DNA from: Eledone cirrhosa
Lineage: Eukaryota
Assembly (NCBI GenBank): GCA_964016885.1
Contig: OZ024740.1
Location: 100,874,001 to 100,938,000, forward strand
Length of the DNA stretch: 64,000 bases
Reading direction: 5' to 3'
The translations under genes and the position numbers were made by a program. This document shows, in pieces, positions 39,837 to 52,744 of this stretch (position 1 is the stretch's first letter; each line of letters opens with the position of its first letter). The notes under the pieces were generated by a model that was given only the letters and a program-made list of their open reading frames with translations, searched no databases and was not told where the DNA came from.

Positions 39837-40101
39837 TATCCATTGTGTAACATATGACGACTTAGATATAAACATATTAACTTATTAATAAAAATATTTA
39901 AACATATTTCGTTTCTGAATTTGTTTAGCAAGATTCTTTATCTGAAAACGTGTGTTGAAACCGATATTGTTATACTTTGGGAGGGTCATGTTGCCAATAA
40001 GAAACACATGCACCAGTTGCTTTCACTTCAATTTATTATAATAAATTTATAAATTTCCGGTTGGTTGGTTGGTTCCACAACCAGATGGTTGTTTATATAT
40101 T

Positions 40102-40144
40102 GTCAAAGTTCTTTCGTCACACATTCTGTAACCTCTTCAGTGAC
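40102..40144 (-). ncRNA. Hammerhead ribozyme copy (left arm)
   Basis: Minus strand GUCA-CUGAAGA-G-GUUACA gaaug UGUGAC-GAA-AGAACU-U-UGAC; core intact, stem III palindrome has one change. Confidence 0.6.
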
Positions 40145-40280
40145 TGGGGATTCTTTTCTTTGTTTTTTGTTTTTGTGCCTCTCCTTTGTTCTGTCCTACG
40201 CCATCTTGTTTCTGTGTGTGAAACAAGATGGCGTAGGACAGAACAAAGGAGAGGCACAAAAACAAAGAAAAGAATCCCCA

Positions 40281-40323
40281 GTCACTGAAGATGTCACAGA
40301 ATGTGTGACAAAAGAACTTTGAC
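40281..40323 (+). ncRNA. Hammerhead ribozyme copy (right arm), probably inactive
   Basis: GUCA-CUGAAGA-U-GUCACA gaaug UGUGAC-AAAA: G12 lost by a CpG-type change. Confidence 0.5.
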
Positions 40324-40617
40324 AATATATAAACAACCATCTGGTTGTGGAACCAACCAACCGGAAATTTATAAATTCCTAAATTTATAAATTTATTATA
40401 ATAAATTGAAGTGAAAGCAGATGGTGCGTGTGTTTCTTATTGGCAACATGACCCTCCCAAAGTATAACAATATATAAACATATTTTTATTTATTTTTTTA
40501 ACACTTAGTATATTAACAAAACATTTCTGAACAACATTCTGAATATAACAAAATATTTCAAATCATTTCTAAAAAAATTTCTGGATTTTGCTTTTACGCT
40601 TGTTTTGCTGGCGCTCC

Positions 40618-41950
40618 TCACGTTGCAGTGTCCAGCATGGTGTCGCCCATCATGTTGGGATTGAACCGACCCTGATAACTACTCTCCATTATGGCAATGT
40701 CCTGGTGAAACCTCTCTCCATGTTCATCACTGATGTCTCCTAGATTACTTGGAAAGAAATCCAGATGAGAATGGAAGAAATGAAGCTTCAACGACATTCG
40801 TGAACCCAGAGCGCGATAATTTTGTATCATGGTTTCAACAATTTCTTTATAGTTGTCTGCACAGTGTTTTCCAAGAAAGTTCTGTGTCACATCTACAAAT
40901 TATTTCCATGCATTAGTCTCCAAAGGGTTTAGTGTTTTCGTAAACTCACTATCATTAACCAGCATACGAATCTGAGGACCATTCAAAACCCCTGCTTTTA
41001 ACTTTGCTTCAGATACCACTCTACCCAATTTCTTACACAAGTACTGAAACCCATTACCCGTATGATCCATGCTTTTAATAAAGTGTTTGGCCAATCCTAA
41101 TTTGAGATGTAATGGAGAGAGGAATACTTTTTCTGGATCCACGAGAGGTTTGTACAGATAGTTGAATCTACGAGTGCATCCATTGGACTTGTTGGCCAAT
41201 CCTTCTTCATGTAGTGGTCTGCATCTGCTCTACTATTCCACAAACATAGAAAACACATATGCTTTGTGTAACCAGTCTGAAGACCTAGAAGTAGACTAAT
41301 TAAGTTGTTTATGACGATGACGAGCGGTTGTCATGCAGATGCCAGGTTCCAGCAGGTTTCGTTGCTTCAGTCTTGATCCCAGGAGCTCTGCCTTTTCTTT
41401 AGACAAATGTAGGTCTCTAATGAGATCGTGAAGAGCTTCCTGGTTAAATGGTATGGGTTCACTTGTCTCATGTTTGTCTTGATAGTCATCATCAATAGGG
41501 GTGCTACTGGAATCAGAATCAGATATTAGCTCGTGTTCAGCAGGTGGAACCGGAGTAGGTAATTCGTCACTGTGAGGTACTGGTCGGATTGCTGATGAGA
41601 TATTGGGGTATTGAAGTGTAGTTCGTGTCTTCACAGTTATTCCTTGGATGTTAATATGGCAGAAGTAGCAATCGTTATTGTGGTCTTTTGGTTCTCGCCA
41701 CACCATTGGTACGGCAAATGGTAAACCAGAGCTTCATTTCCCATTCTTCCATTCACTTAGGTGATTAACACATGACCTACACGCTATATGAGGTGCCCAT
41801 TTCTTGTCCTGGTCTCCTAATGGACATTTGAAGTAGCATTTGTAGTTTACTCGAACTGCTTTTGTGATTGGTTTCTTTATGCTTTCTGGGGTAAAGACCA
41901 CAAATATAGCAAAGTCAGTCCGGGTCATTTACACATTTCCGGTGTTCCAT
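40618..41950 (-). pseudogene. Chapaev3-type transposase pseudogene
   Basis: MEHRKCVNDPD, LGDQDKKWAPH.C..C, MVWREPKDH..DCYFC, AELLGSRLK, GLQTGYTK..CFLCLW, PLHLKLGL, MSLKLHFFHSHLDFFP..LGDISDEHGERFHQ; frameshifts; segment between RHRHKQL and LLLGLQ missing. Confidence 0.85.
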
Positions 41951-43644
41951 CTCTCCCACTAGTCAAAGTTGTTGTGAATTATCCAAGAATAGCTGAGGAT
42001 AGTTACAATTCTGTGATCTGAAACAAAAGCAGTAAGTATAAATTAGTTAACTAAATATAGTGGATACAATTGGATGAAGTAATATGAGCCATATAGTTAT
42101 GGGTCATAAACATGGATATGCTGGTTCTCGAAAACTAGACCCGATACAGCTTAACCGTTGTCATATTCAGATTCTGCACACTTGATTACCCTAAAATCAT
42201 ACTAAATTATACCAGAACCATGAAATGAATATTCTTTTGTTGACCAGTGTTATAAATGATTTTGTTGTTTGTTCTTAATGGCCGCATTTCACAGATCTGT
42301 GCTTAGATATTTGTTCTTGGTGTTGTTTGATGAAAGAAAGTTTTTTTGGTTCTTTTTACATACAAAGGGTTTTGGAATAGCTAAACTTTCACTCCATAGC
42401 TTGGAGTGGAAAAGACGGTTCATCTAAATATTTTTTTTAACCGTGTATATATTTTTGCACAAATGTGGAAGTGGGATATGATGCTAACCACGATAGTGTT
42501 AACAGTGCATATGCTTTACCAAACTGTTTGAAAGCACAATGATAGATGTGAAAAAAACCAAACATATGACAATAAAAGAAACCAAAATGGTGCAAATAAC
42601 AAACATAAATGATAATATCAAAGGCTCCCTCGCCACCAATAACAACAACTTAGATTTGATAGCATTGCAAGCCAAAGGAAGTTACTTAATATGTGACAAC
42701 TCCACAGAAATATATAAATATGAAAGAAGTATGTTACAAAAGTTAGTGCCTCCTTGATCAAGAAAAGAGCAAGGAGAAAATGTACTTAGCTCATTTCCCC
42801 AAAACATGCAGGGTGATTCTATATGCCCCTTCACCCAAAGCAGAGTTGGGTAAAGCCTGGATTATATGTGGCAAGATATATTTTACTCTACCGAGCCAGG
42901 ACATATAAAAGTGTGTACTTATTATTTAAGGATGATCGTGAGGTGAGGCTTCAATTAAGTTTGCGTGTTAAATTGCAGCTCACTAAATTGCCTTAGAACC
43001 AATTGCAGAAGAACCAAAAGAACCATAGACATGAATTCTAACTATATTTGTAGTGGAATATGCACAGATCATGAACGTGGAAATGATCTTCAATAATATG
43101 TGGTCAAGGACAGCTTAACCTCTTTAGTGGTGGTGCCACATTTATATACACTAAGTACACTCTGTAAACTGGTTGGTGTTAAAAAATATTGCCAAAAATA
43201 AGTGAAGGCTTTTCAGTTGTGTCAACAACATGTCAGCCATTTTAGTGCCAGTACCATGGCAGCCATTTTAGTGCCAAGAACATCTTGCAAAATAGTTGAT
43301 TTTAGAAAAGTTATCCAGCTGTAGAAAACTTGACAAAATAGAATGTGGCAAGATGTGGTCACCCAAAATCCATGAGGGAGGGAAATAGTTCCAAATAAAG
43401 TTCTGACTTGATCTGTAGCAAGCTGGCCAACCCATAACAGCATGGAGAAACAGACAGGAAAAAGTTGATGGTGGTGATGATGATGGTGATTGATTTATTA
43501 CTCATAGTTTGAGAAATCACTGAGAGTTTCTGTTTCTGTTATAAAAATTAGTTACAATTTGTTGAGCATCATCGAAGTGTGCAGGATTAAATAGAATATC
43601 CATGGTTAACAAAAACGTTCGAGATTAATAAGAAATATATTGTT

Positions 43645-44420
43645 GTTATTTTTATTATTAATTTAATATCTCAGTAATTTTTATTATTTAATTGGAAAAT
43701 TTACCCTAATGAACATCAAACCACTACCTGCAGCCTCAGATATTCAGGATATATTGAAGGGTCTTTGCTGTTCCCAGTAGGCATGCCTTCTGGAGAGTTC
43801 CTTAAAAGGGGTCTGAGCTAATGTTCTTTAACCAGCCTTGGAAGCTCTACCTAGTGCTCCTATGACGATGGGGATGAACTTGATCTCATGAGTGTCCTAA
43901 ATCCTTTTCAGTTCCCACTTTAAATCCTGGTTCTGGTTAATTTTCTCCTTCCCCTTTTGTTGCACTCTTGCGTCAAAGGGAAAATCTACATCTATAATCA
44001 AGGAAGATCGTTTTTCCTTGTCAAAAACCACGAGGTCAGTCCTTTCTTTCTTTAATTCTTTGTGTATTTGCATCCTGAAATACAACAGCACCTTCATCTG
44101 GTCGTTTCCTATCACCGATTCTGGCTTGTACTCATACTATTTCTCATAATGAGGTAATTTGTTCCTTCTTTGCTCAGTTTGTAATGCTGGTGATGAATTA
44201 TGGAGTCAGCTGTTCACTGCCAATGAACTGAGCTAACACCCTTCATTTTGAACTGTTCTAAGCAGTGCTATTTTCTGAAAGTGCTTCACTCATATTCCCA
44301 ACCTTATTTGTTTAATGTACTTCTCAAGATCTCTACTTACGGCTCTGAAAGCTTCGACTGTTATTGATATTTACTAGCACCTTTTTCAGTGACAGTAACT
44401 GCTTTGTTATTATTATTATT
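43645..44420 (-). mobile_element. Degenerate R4/Dong-like LINE 3' fragment(s)
   Basis: ORF 43897-44115 resembles the RLE region of 17621-18232. Confidence 0.75.
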
Positions 44421-44427
44421 ATTTGGC

Positions 44428-44606
44428 TTGGCAGTATCGGTAGAGAGTCAGACGCCATGTTTAGCAGCATAAAGTTACGGCCCTTTATGGTCTGAGTTCA
44501 AATCCTGCCGAGGAAATTTGCCTTTCATCCTTAAGAGGTCGATAAAATAAAGTATCAGTAATGCACTGGGTAATTGATGGCCTTGTGCCAAAAGTAGAAA
44601 CAATTA
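44428..44606 (+). mobile_element. SINE family A
   Basis: Consensus match, inside an (ATT)n tract. Confidence 0.85.
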
Positions 44607-44609
44607 TTA

Positions 44610-45730
44610 TTATTATTATTATTATTGTTCTTTGAGTCTCAGTCATTGATGTTATTTAACTGGAAAGTTTGTTGAAATGAATATCAAGCTGTTACCTGCA
44701 GCCTCAGATATTCAGGATGTATCAGCGGGTTCTTGCTGTTCCCAGCAAGCATGCCTTTTGAAGTGTTCCAAAAAGCGGGGCTGGACTAATCTTCTTTAAC
44801 CATCCTTGGAAACTCTTAGAGATAGTACCTAGTGCACCTATGACAATCGGGACGACTCTAACTTCATGGCAGTTCCAAATCCTTTTTAACTCCCACTTTA
44901 AGTCCTGGTATCGGTTAATTTTCTACCTCTCCTTTTCTTGCACTCTTGTGTCAAAAAGGCAGGCTACATCTACAATCAGGAACAATCTATTTTCCTTGTC
45001 CAAAACCACCAGGTCAGGCCTATTGTGTTCTAATTTCTTGTCCGTCTGTATCCTAAAATCCCATAGCACCTTCACCTGATCGTTTTCTATCACTGACTCT
45101 GGCTTATGCTCATACCACTTCTCAGAATGTGGTAAATTGTTTACTTTGCATAGATCCCAGTTGATCACCCTGCCCATCACATCATCTCTCCAGCCTTTAT
45201 AGTGAGTCTGGGCTAGGTGTTTACACTTGGCTACAATGTGAGCCACAGTCTCCTCTCTCTCTCCACAGATCCTACAAAATGAGCTAGCCTCCTCCTTGTA
45301 AATATGGTGTTTCACCCACTTTGTTCTGAGAGCTTGCTCTTGCACAGCCATTAGCATTCCCTTCTGTAGCTTTTTTAAGGTCTCCTCTTTTTAACCCGTT
45401 TCATGTCAGTGGATCTCTAAATTCAGTTTTCCTAAAGAAGGTTCTATGAAGGGATTTTTCATGAAGGTTGCTCTTCCTCCTTGTTGTTATTTCTTCCTTG
45501 GACATCCCCTGGTCTATTGTCTTCTCCTTTAGTACAATTTTGAGCATTGGCTCCCTACTGTCAATCACATATTTGTGCAGGTTGTTTTTCTCCATCTGAA
45601 CACAGTCCTCTATGCTGATAAGACCTCTTCCATCTTCAGATCTCCTTAAGTAGAGTCTATCAACATCACTTCTCTTGTGGAACATGTTGTAGATAGTCAA
45701 TAGCTTCCTAGTCTTCCTATCCATTTCTTT
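44610..45730 (-). mobile_element. R4/Dong-like LINE, same family as 16840-18321
   Basis: MDRKTRKLLT..HKRSDVDRLY..GRGL; AVQEQALRT..CRICG..ETVAHIV..C; NRPDL; near-identical 3' UTR. Confidence 0.92.
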
Positions 45731-45734
45731 TATT

Positions 45735-45952
45735 ATTATTATTATTATTATTTTCTTTTGTTATTGTTTCTGAAATATATGCTGAGTGTCTTCCTGACAC
45801 CTAGGGCAAATAAATTCACAGTGTGCATTGGTAAGCCAGTTAATACAGCACATTGATTATAATTTAAAAAAAAAACAGTATACATATATACACATGTGCA
45901 TATGCATATGTAAATACAAGGAGGGATATCAATCTTATAGAGATAGTGCTCT
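45735..45952 (-). mobile_element. 3' end of the R4/Dong-like family of 13745-14850
   Basis: Reverse complement of ~14615-14845. Confidence 0.85.
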
Positions 45953-45988
45953 TATGGTTGCAGCTATAAGAGGTTTATTATTATTATT

Positions 45989-46932
45989 TTGGAGCACTTG
46001 GAGACTGGAATGTCTTCAGGCGCTCACAGCCCTCGACCAGTCAGGCATTGTGATTGGTGGAAACTCCACCTTGGCGTTCTATAGAGGATTAGTGGAGGGG
46101 AAGAGTGACGATGAACTTGGGGAAACTCTAGGTGTCGACGAAAATAAACTAGCCAATCTCTTAGGAAGAACTTCAGGCTGGGGCCTATTGACAATTTCCA
46201 GAAATCCCGAGGAGCTTTGCCAGTTCGGGATAAAGTCTACAGGCACGGAAGGCATGTCCGAGATGCGCGCAAGGCGATGAAACCGACCTGCATGCAGTCG
46301 TCCAGTGTCCAAGCATTGCTGACTTTTGGGTTTATGTCGAACACCTGCTGTCGTGTGTAGAACAGATCCGGCCATCAGCTGAGTCCATCGTGAGGATTGC
46401 CCCGCCCTCTTACTTTATCCGTGAAGGGCAGGCAGTTTTCATCTGTCTGGTGGCCATGGCGAAAGAGATAGTATGGTGGACGCGTCTGAAAGGGCTGAAG
46501 ATGAGCACTTACCTCTTCGGTGATGCCCTGATTAACTTTTTCAAATTTCATTTGAAAAGGAAAATCAGGGTAGAGAGGGAAGTGCTCACTTCCCAGCATT
46601 TTGTTGAAAGATGGGTGAGAGGGGCAAGAATGGCCCGAGTGAATGGATCTACTCTGAATATATGCCTGTAAATTGAAGGTGGAAAACTGGGAGAGGGCAC
46701 TTGCCCTGGTGGTCAGGGTCACCGTGGCTTTTTTTTAATGGGCTTTCTCTACGAATGTCCCTCGGAAGTCTCCCCCCTATTGGGGAATTTTTCATTGTTC
46801 CTTTTTTTGTTACATCCTCTGTTTTTTGTTTTTTTACACTCAGAAATGCCCATTTGTACCGTCCTGTATTATCCTGTACTGTCCTTAATGTCTACTTTGT
46901 GTAAACCCTTGTAGTTAATAAAGAAAGCATTA
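45989..46932 (+). mobile_element. Tx1-like LINE 3' part
   Basis: Reverse complement of ~14851-15850; AFYRGLVEG, FFKFHLKRKIRVERE; ends in (ATT)n. Confidence 0.88.
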
Positions 46933-46959
46933 TTATAATAATAATTATTATTATTATTA

Positions 46960-47100
46960 TTATTGTTATTTTTATTTTCTTTCATTATTGTTTCTGAGAT
47001 ATATGCTGAGTGTCTTCCTGACACCTAGGGCAAATAAATTCACAGTGTGCATTGGTAAGCCAGTTAATACAGCACATTGATTATAATTTTTAAAAAATAA
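46960..47100 (-). mobile_element. R4/Dong-like 3'-UTR fragment
   Basis: Same as 45750-45870. Confidence 0.8.
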
Positions 47101-47141
47101 ATAAATTAAAAAAATATTATTATTATTATTATTATTATTAT

Positions 47142-47937
47142 CCAATTTCTTCGGAAGAACTTTCGGGCCGGGACCTATGGACAACTTTCAGAAATCCCTG
47201 GCCTGGCAGTGCTACTGAGGAGCATTGCCAGTTCAGGATAAACTCTACAAGCATGGAGGTGCCATCAGCCGAGCATGTCCGAGATGCACGCAGGGCGATG
47301 AAACCGTCCTGCACGCACTCGTCCAGTGACTGGGCATTGTTGACTTGTGGGTTTATGTCGAACACCTGCTGTCGCGTGTAGGACAGATCTGGCTATCAGC
47401 TGAGTCCATCGTGAGGATTTACCTGCCCTCTTCCTTTAGTCGGGAAAGGCAGGCAGTTTTTATCTGTCTGATGGCCATGGCGAAAGAGATGGTATGGTGG
47501 ACATGTTTGAAAGGGCTGAAGATGAGCACTTACCTCTTCGGTGATGCCCTGGTTAACTTTTTCAAATTTCATTTGAAAAGGAAAATCAGGGTAGAGAGGG
47601 AAGTGCTCTCTTCCCAGCATTTTGTTGAAAGATGGGTGAGAGAGGCAAGAATGGCCCGTGTGAATGGGCCTACTCTGAGTATGTGCCTGTAAAATGAAGG
47701 TGGAAAACTGGGAGAGAGCACTTGCCCTGGTAGTCAGGATAACCGTGGCTTTTTTAATGGGCTTTCTCTACGAATGTCCCTTGGAAGCCTCCCCCCTATT
47801 GGGGAATTTTTCATTGTTTCTTTTTTTGTTACATCGTCTGTTTTTTTTTTTTTTTACATGCAGAAATGCCCATTCGTACTGTCCTGTATTGTCCTTAATG
47901 TCTTAATTTGTATTTGAGGTTAATAAAGAAAGCATTA
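47142..47937 (+). mobile_element. Tx1-like LINE 3' part
   Basis: CPRC..ETVLHAL zinc finger, ORF 47345-47692; ends aataaagaaagc(ATT)n. Confidence 0.88.
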
Positions 47938-47956
47938 TTATTATTATTATTATTAA

Positions 47957-48365
47957 GGGTAGTGGATTGGCAGTATCGTTAGAGGGTCGGGCGACATTCT
48001 TTGAAGCATAGAGTTACCTCCCTTTATGATCTGAGTTCAAATCCTGCCGAGGTTAACTTTGCCTTTCATCCTTACGGGGTCGATAAAATAAAGTACCAGT
48101 AATGCACTGGGATAATTGCTGGCCTTGTTCCAAAAGTAGAAATAATTATTATTAAGGGCAATGGATTGGCAGTATCAGTAGAGCATCAAGCATCATGCTT
48201 TGCCACAAAGTGTTACATTCTGAGTTCAAAAATCTGACCGAGGTTAGTTTTGCCTTTCATCCTTATGGTATCAATAAAATAAAGCACCAGTAATGCACTG
48301 GAGTCGATTTAATAAAGTTTCCCCTCCCTCCAAATTGCTGGCCTTGCGCCTATATTAGGAATCAT
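47957..48365 (+). mobile_element. Two tandem SINE family A copies
   Basis: Consensus match. Confidence 0.85.
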
Positions 48366-50959
48366 TATTATTATTATTAGTCATAGGCATTGCTTTTGAC
48401 AAGACATAGTTCCACTTCCAAAGGGATGTGTATAGTTAATGGTATCGCTTCTATAAACTGTAAATCTCTGAGTTGTGTTAAGAATTGAGAAACCATCTAT
48501 CTCCATTTCTCTCATTCTGCCTGAGAAGTTATGTCAAGAGACAACTGAATGAATCTGTAAAACATGTCAATTCAATGCACTCCATTCTTTTACTGTGTTC
48601 ATTCATCCAATTAGAATCACCAATTTGTATTATTCCTGTTTGTGGTGGCAGCAGAGCTGGCAGTCAGAGGACAAAACCTTGAGGATACCTCTCAAAAATA
48701 ACAAACAAAAAATAAATAATAAACAATTATTAAATTCTTCAAGTTTTATTTTTGAGTAGAGAAAATAGAACCTGGAGTTGTTAGTATTTGTATTTCTGAA
48801 ACCTTGCCATTCTACTTCTCTCCAATAAAATATTACTACTCTTATTGTTTAACCCCAGGTTTACCTCTAATATGGTTAAACCCCAGCCTGTATTTTCAAA
48901 CAGTTCATCTCAGAGTAGATTAGACTTTTAAAACTCTTTTGAAACCTACTGCCTATGATTTTCAAAGGATTTTGAAAATAATCAAGAACTTGGAGAGATT
49001 TAGTAATATAACTGTCTAATAATTAAGCTAGTGTTTGAAGTAAAATTTACAAAGAAAATTTGAGAGAAGGTTGTTAGATAAATATAAACACTTTAAAACA
49101 GTTTTTCAATAGAACCTGTTTCAGTCAGTTAGGTATCAAAAGGCTCAATGTTTCAGGAATATCAACATTCTTAAATTGACAGAAAAATGTATTACATTAT
49201 TTAGTAAGGTCCATTTTCAAATTCCACCAGAGATTACTCTACTTTCCATTCTTCAAAAATTCAGTCACACACTGGAATCAATATGATATTACTGTATATT
49301 ATATATTACTAATTTTAGGGTGGTGGTGGTGTTTTGTATCAGAATCACTAAAGTGATGGACAAAATTCCATGCAGTATATATTTTGACTCCTTACATTGT
49401 GATTTCAACTTTGCGTTTCATCCTTCCGGGGCCGATAAAATAAAGTACAGCTCAATTATTGGCATTGATATAATTGATCCTGCCACTCAAATTGTTAGCC
49501 TTGTACTTCAATTAGACACCATTATATACTACTAATTTCATCATGAAAATCTAAATGTTATAATAATGTACCTTATATATAAGAAAAGTATTGATTCATC
49601 AAAATGCTGAGTCATTATAAAGTTTTTGTAGAATATTAAATTTAAAATCAAAAATGTTTATAACTTTAGTTCTTTATAGGATGAATTAATTAGTAAAAAT
49701 ATTCACATCTATTTCATCATCAATCAAAAAAATTATTATAATTGATTATAATTTTTTTCTTTTAGATTTAATAATTAGTTTAACTTTAGACTACTGTTTA
49801 TTCAACTAAGACTCATTTTCCAATCTTGCATGAGCGAAACTATTTGTTACAGCAATTATTTTTACAAATGGATTCCCCTTCTTGAGTTAATCATTGAATC
49901 ATGAAGTGGCTTTAAAAATGTTTTTGTTTTTTTTATTCAGTCAAGCAAACAACTTAACTGTTTGTTTTCATGCTGATGGTGTATCTGAGTAATAAATTTC
50001 CTTGTTTTATTTTTTCTAAATATGCTAATTTTCAATTCCTACTCAGATTACACTGCCATCACTACATTAGTGATTAGAGTGAAGACTGCTTTACTGAAAA
50101 GAGACAATAAAACCAAAGTATGTATAAAGTGGAATCTTGTACTTGGGAAAATTATTAGAATCATGGTGGTGATGGGGTGATGGGGTGATGACTCCAGCGG
50201 AAGTGATGATGGAGTGAGAGCAGTGGTAATGAACCTGTGATTCAGGCAGACTTCACCCAATAGGATGTTACTTAGACATAACATACATCATCAGTTAGTA
50301 AAACTGGACAAAGATTTAAGAAATAAATAAATAATCAATCAGTAAATTGATTTCTATGTGGATTTAGTGATATTTTGGTTGCATGTCTGACTCTGCTCTT
50401 TCTGAAATATAGAACATCTGAAAATGTGTAAAAAGATTTGATGTATGGGAGATATCTGGGTATTTTATTATTGTGTATATATAGTGAGATATCTTAAATT
50501 TTAAAGAAATATAGACAAATTAATGATCAATATAATTATTGAAGTAACATAAAGAAAAGAAAGTTTATTGCATTAGCGTACCTCAATAGTTGTATGTAAT
50601 GAATCTCACATTGATTTTTGTGAATGAGAGTTTCAGCTGGTTCATCAATACAGCTATCTAAACATTGATCTAGAGTGCAAATTGTTGAATATTCCACATA
50701 CTTATAATCTGTAAGCAGAATCAACAAGAGAGTGTTTCACAGGATTGGGTCCTCAAATCACTGATACAATATTTGTATGATTTGGATTTATAAGTTACAA
50801 GTAAAAGTATAAAATTAGTTACTCAACCAAATGTATGTCCAGCTCTTAAATTAATATATACGAAGAGGAGTACATCCTTAATTGTAATTACCGAAGTGAA
50901 TCAACATGACAGAAAGTGATTAAATGTACAATCAATCCAACAAGCTTCCACGGGGTTTC

Positions 50960-51009
50960 TGTCTACCCAATTTCATTTACAAAGATTAGGTGAACCTAAA
51001 ACTATTATA

Positions 51010-51050
<41 letters not shown>

Positions 51051-51093
51051 GTTTTAGATTCACCTAATCTTTGTAAATGAAATTGGGTAGACA
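50960..51093. repeat. Fold-back duplication centred on (TA)n
   Basis: tgtctacccaatttcatttacaaagattaggtgaa mirrored at 51059-51093. Confidence 0.9.
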
Positions 51094-51112
51094 TATATAT
51101 ATATATATATAG

Positions 51113-51473
51113 GCGTCACTCAGTAATACAGAAGACCCGACTTCCCATGGGTACAAGCCAAAGTTGAAGCATATAGATAATATGCCCCCACCCCTCCCAC
51201 TGCAAATTGGTCGTGGAGATGCCACGGCAAAAAAGCACCCAGCCCACACTGTAAAGTGGATGTGTAGGCACCACAAAAAAAAAGCACCCAGCACTCACCG
51301 TAAATGAGGTTGGTGTTAGGAAGGGCATCCAGCTGTAGAAATCAAGCCATAATCAGTTCCTGTATGAGCAAGACAGGGTCAGCCGACTGGACACTGCCCA
51401 CAACAGGACAACCTGTCTAACCCATGCTAGCATGGAAGAACGGACGTAAAACGGTGATGATGATGATGATGAT
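51113..51473 (+). mobile_element. RTE LINE 3' end (subfamily of 30098-30735)
   Basis: Matches 30545-30735, then the shared tail and (GAT)n. Confidence 0.85.
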
Positions 51474-52132
51474 AAAATATATTCTTAATCTTTCTCTGAA
51501 ACAAAATTTAAGATTATGAAACATTAAAGAGAACATATGGGTTTGAAAATTAAAGGGCCATCATTTTAAATAAATTAGGTTTCATTCAACTGTAGTGTAT
51601 TCAGTATCAGACATGTTATACCTCTCCCTCATAGCCTCTCTGCTTCTCTCACTCTGTCACTCTCTCTCCTCTCACTCTTTCTTTCTCTTGGTGAGACAGT
51701 TTATATATCCCTAATAAATTGTCTAGCAATATAAAATTGTCAAATAGTAGATGAGGAAAATTTTGTAACACACCATAAAGCATAAGGATTTATAAATTTT
51801 AGAGCAAATTATGGCTAGCATCACATGAATAAAATCAGATAGAATTTATATATCGAATAAATATGTATGTATTTTGCTTTATATGCAGGTGTGTGTGTGT
51901 GTGAGTGTGTGTGTGTGAGTGTGTGTGTTCATTCACTGATTTCAGTCATTGAACTGTAGCCATAGTAGGACATTGCCTTCAAGAGTTTAGTCAATTATAT
52001 TGACCTCAGTATGTGTTTCAAACAAGAAACACAATGTTAACAATAAGACATATTTCAGACTGGTATAAACATAAGCACAGAGGACACACATTGACACACA
52101 CACATATATAATAGTTATATATATATATATAA

Positions 52133-52683
52133 CTAGCAATGGTACCCAGCGTTGCATGAGATAAGGTATTTTGGAACACGGGCACCCAACAGACCTAATC
52201 GTGGAAAAACTGCATGCCTGGAAAATATGTAAAAAAGATAAACCGAATACTCTGATGGCTGGATAATCTAAGATTTTCCTCGATGAAGCAGGAAAAAGCA
52301 GGTTTTCACCTAATGTGGGCCCTAGGGGATCAAGAAAAATAATGTTTTATGCCTTGAAATTTCGGGAAAATTGGCTAGACGTAACACCTCAAAAAAAGCC
52401 CTAAAAAGCTGAAAAAATGAAGTTTTTCACCTAGGCCATAAAAAAGTTGGATTTTCTTTGCTCACGGTATGAAGAAGAGACTGACTAATGCATAGTTACA
52501 ATTTCAAGTAAATCGGTCTGACGTAACGCCTCAAAAAACCTCTAAAAAGCTGGAAAAAAAACGCAGTTTTTCAGCTAATGCGAGCCCTAGGGGATCAAAA
52601 AGTTGAAACATAAGTAATACACATGTAAAGTTTGAAAAGAATCGGTTGGGTACTTCTCGAGTTTTAGGGATTCAAACTCACAG

Positions 52684-52723
<40 letters not shown>

Positions 52724-52744
52724 CCTCAGTTTTATATATATAGA
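52133..52744 (-). mobile_element. Non-autonomous Helitron
   Basis: Minus strand A|TCTATATATATAAAA..(GT)n ... degenerate hairpin CTCATGCAACGCTGGG ... CTAG|T; no TSD; internal ~60-bp direct repeats. Confidence 0.75.

Larger units (their letters stand above)
39899..40485. mobile_element. Palindromic Penelope-like inverted pLTR pair with candidate 11-bp TSD
   Basis: Arms 39964-40212 and 40220-40473, spacer TGTGTGT; TAAACATATTT at 39899-39909 and 40475-40485. Confidence 0.75.
39494..42249 (-). mobile_element. Chapaev3-like (CMC superfamily) DNA transposon, internally deleted
   Basis: Termini (C)ACTGGTCAACA at 39494-39505 and TGTTGACCAGTG ending 42249; contains a transposase pseudogene and nested insertions. 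Confidence 0.8.

Noticed and set aside
40061-40340. Mirror-image ORFs on both strands
   Set aside because: Consequence of the palindrome; no protein motif
42470-42960. Possible Helitron/Pif1 helicase remnant
   Set aside because: Similarity too weak to support
50620-50660. TTGATGA...GAAAC on the minus strand
   Set aside because: C3 missing and no stem I or III support; not called a hammerhead
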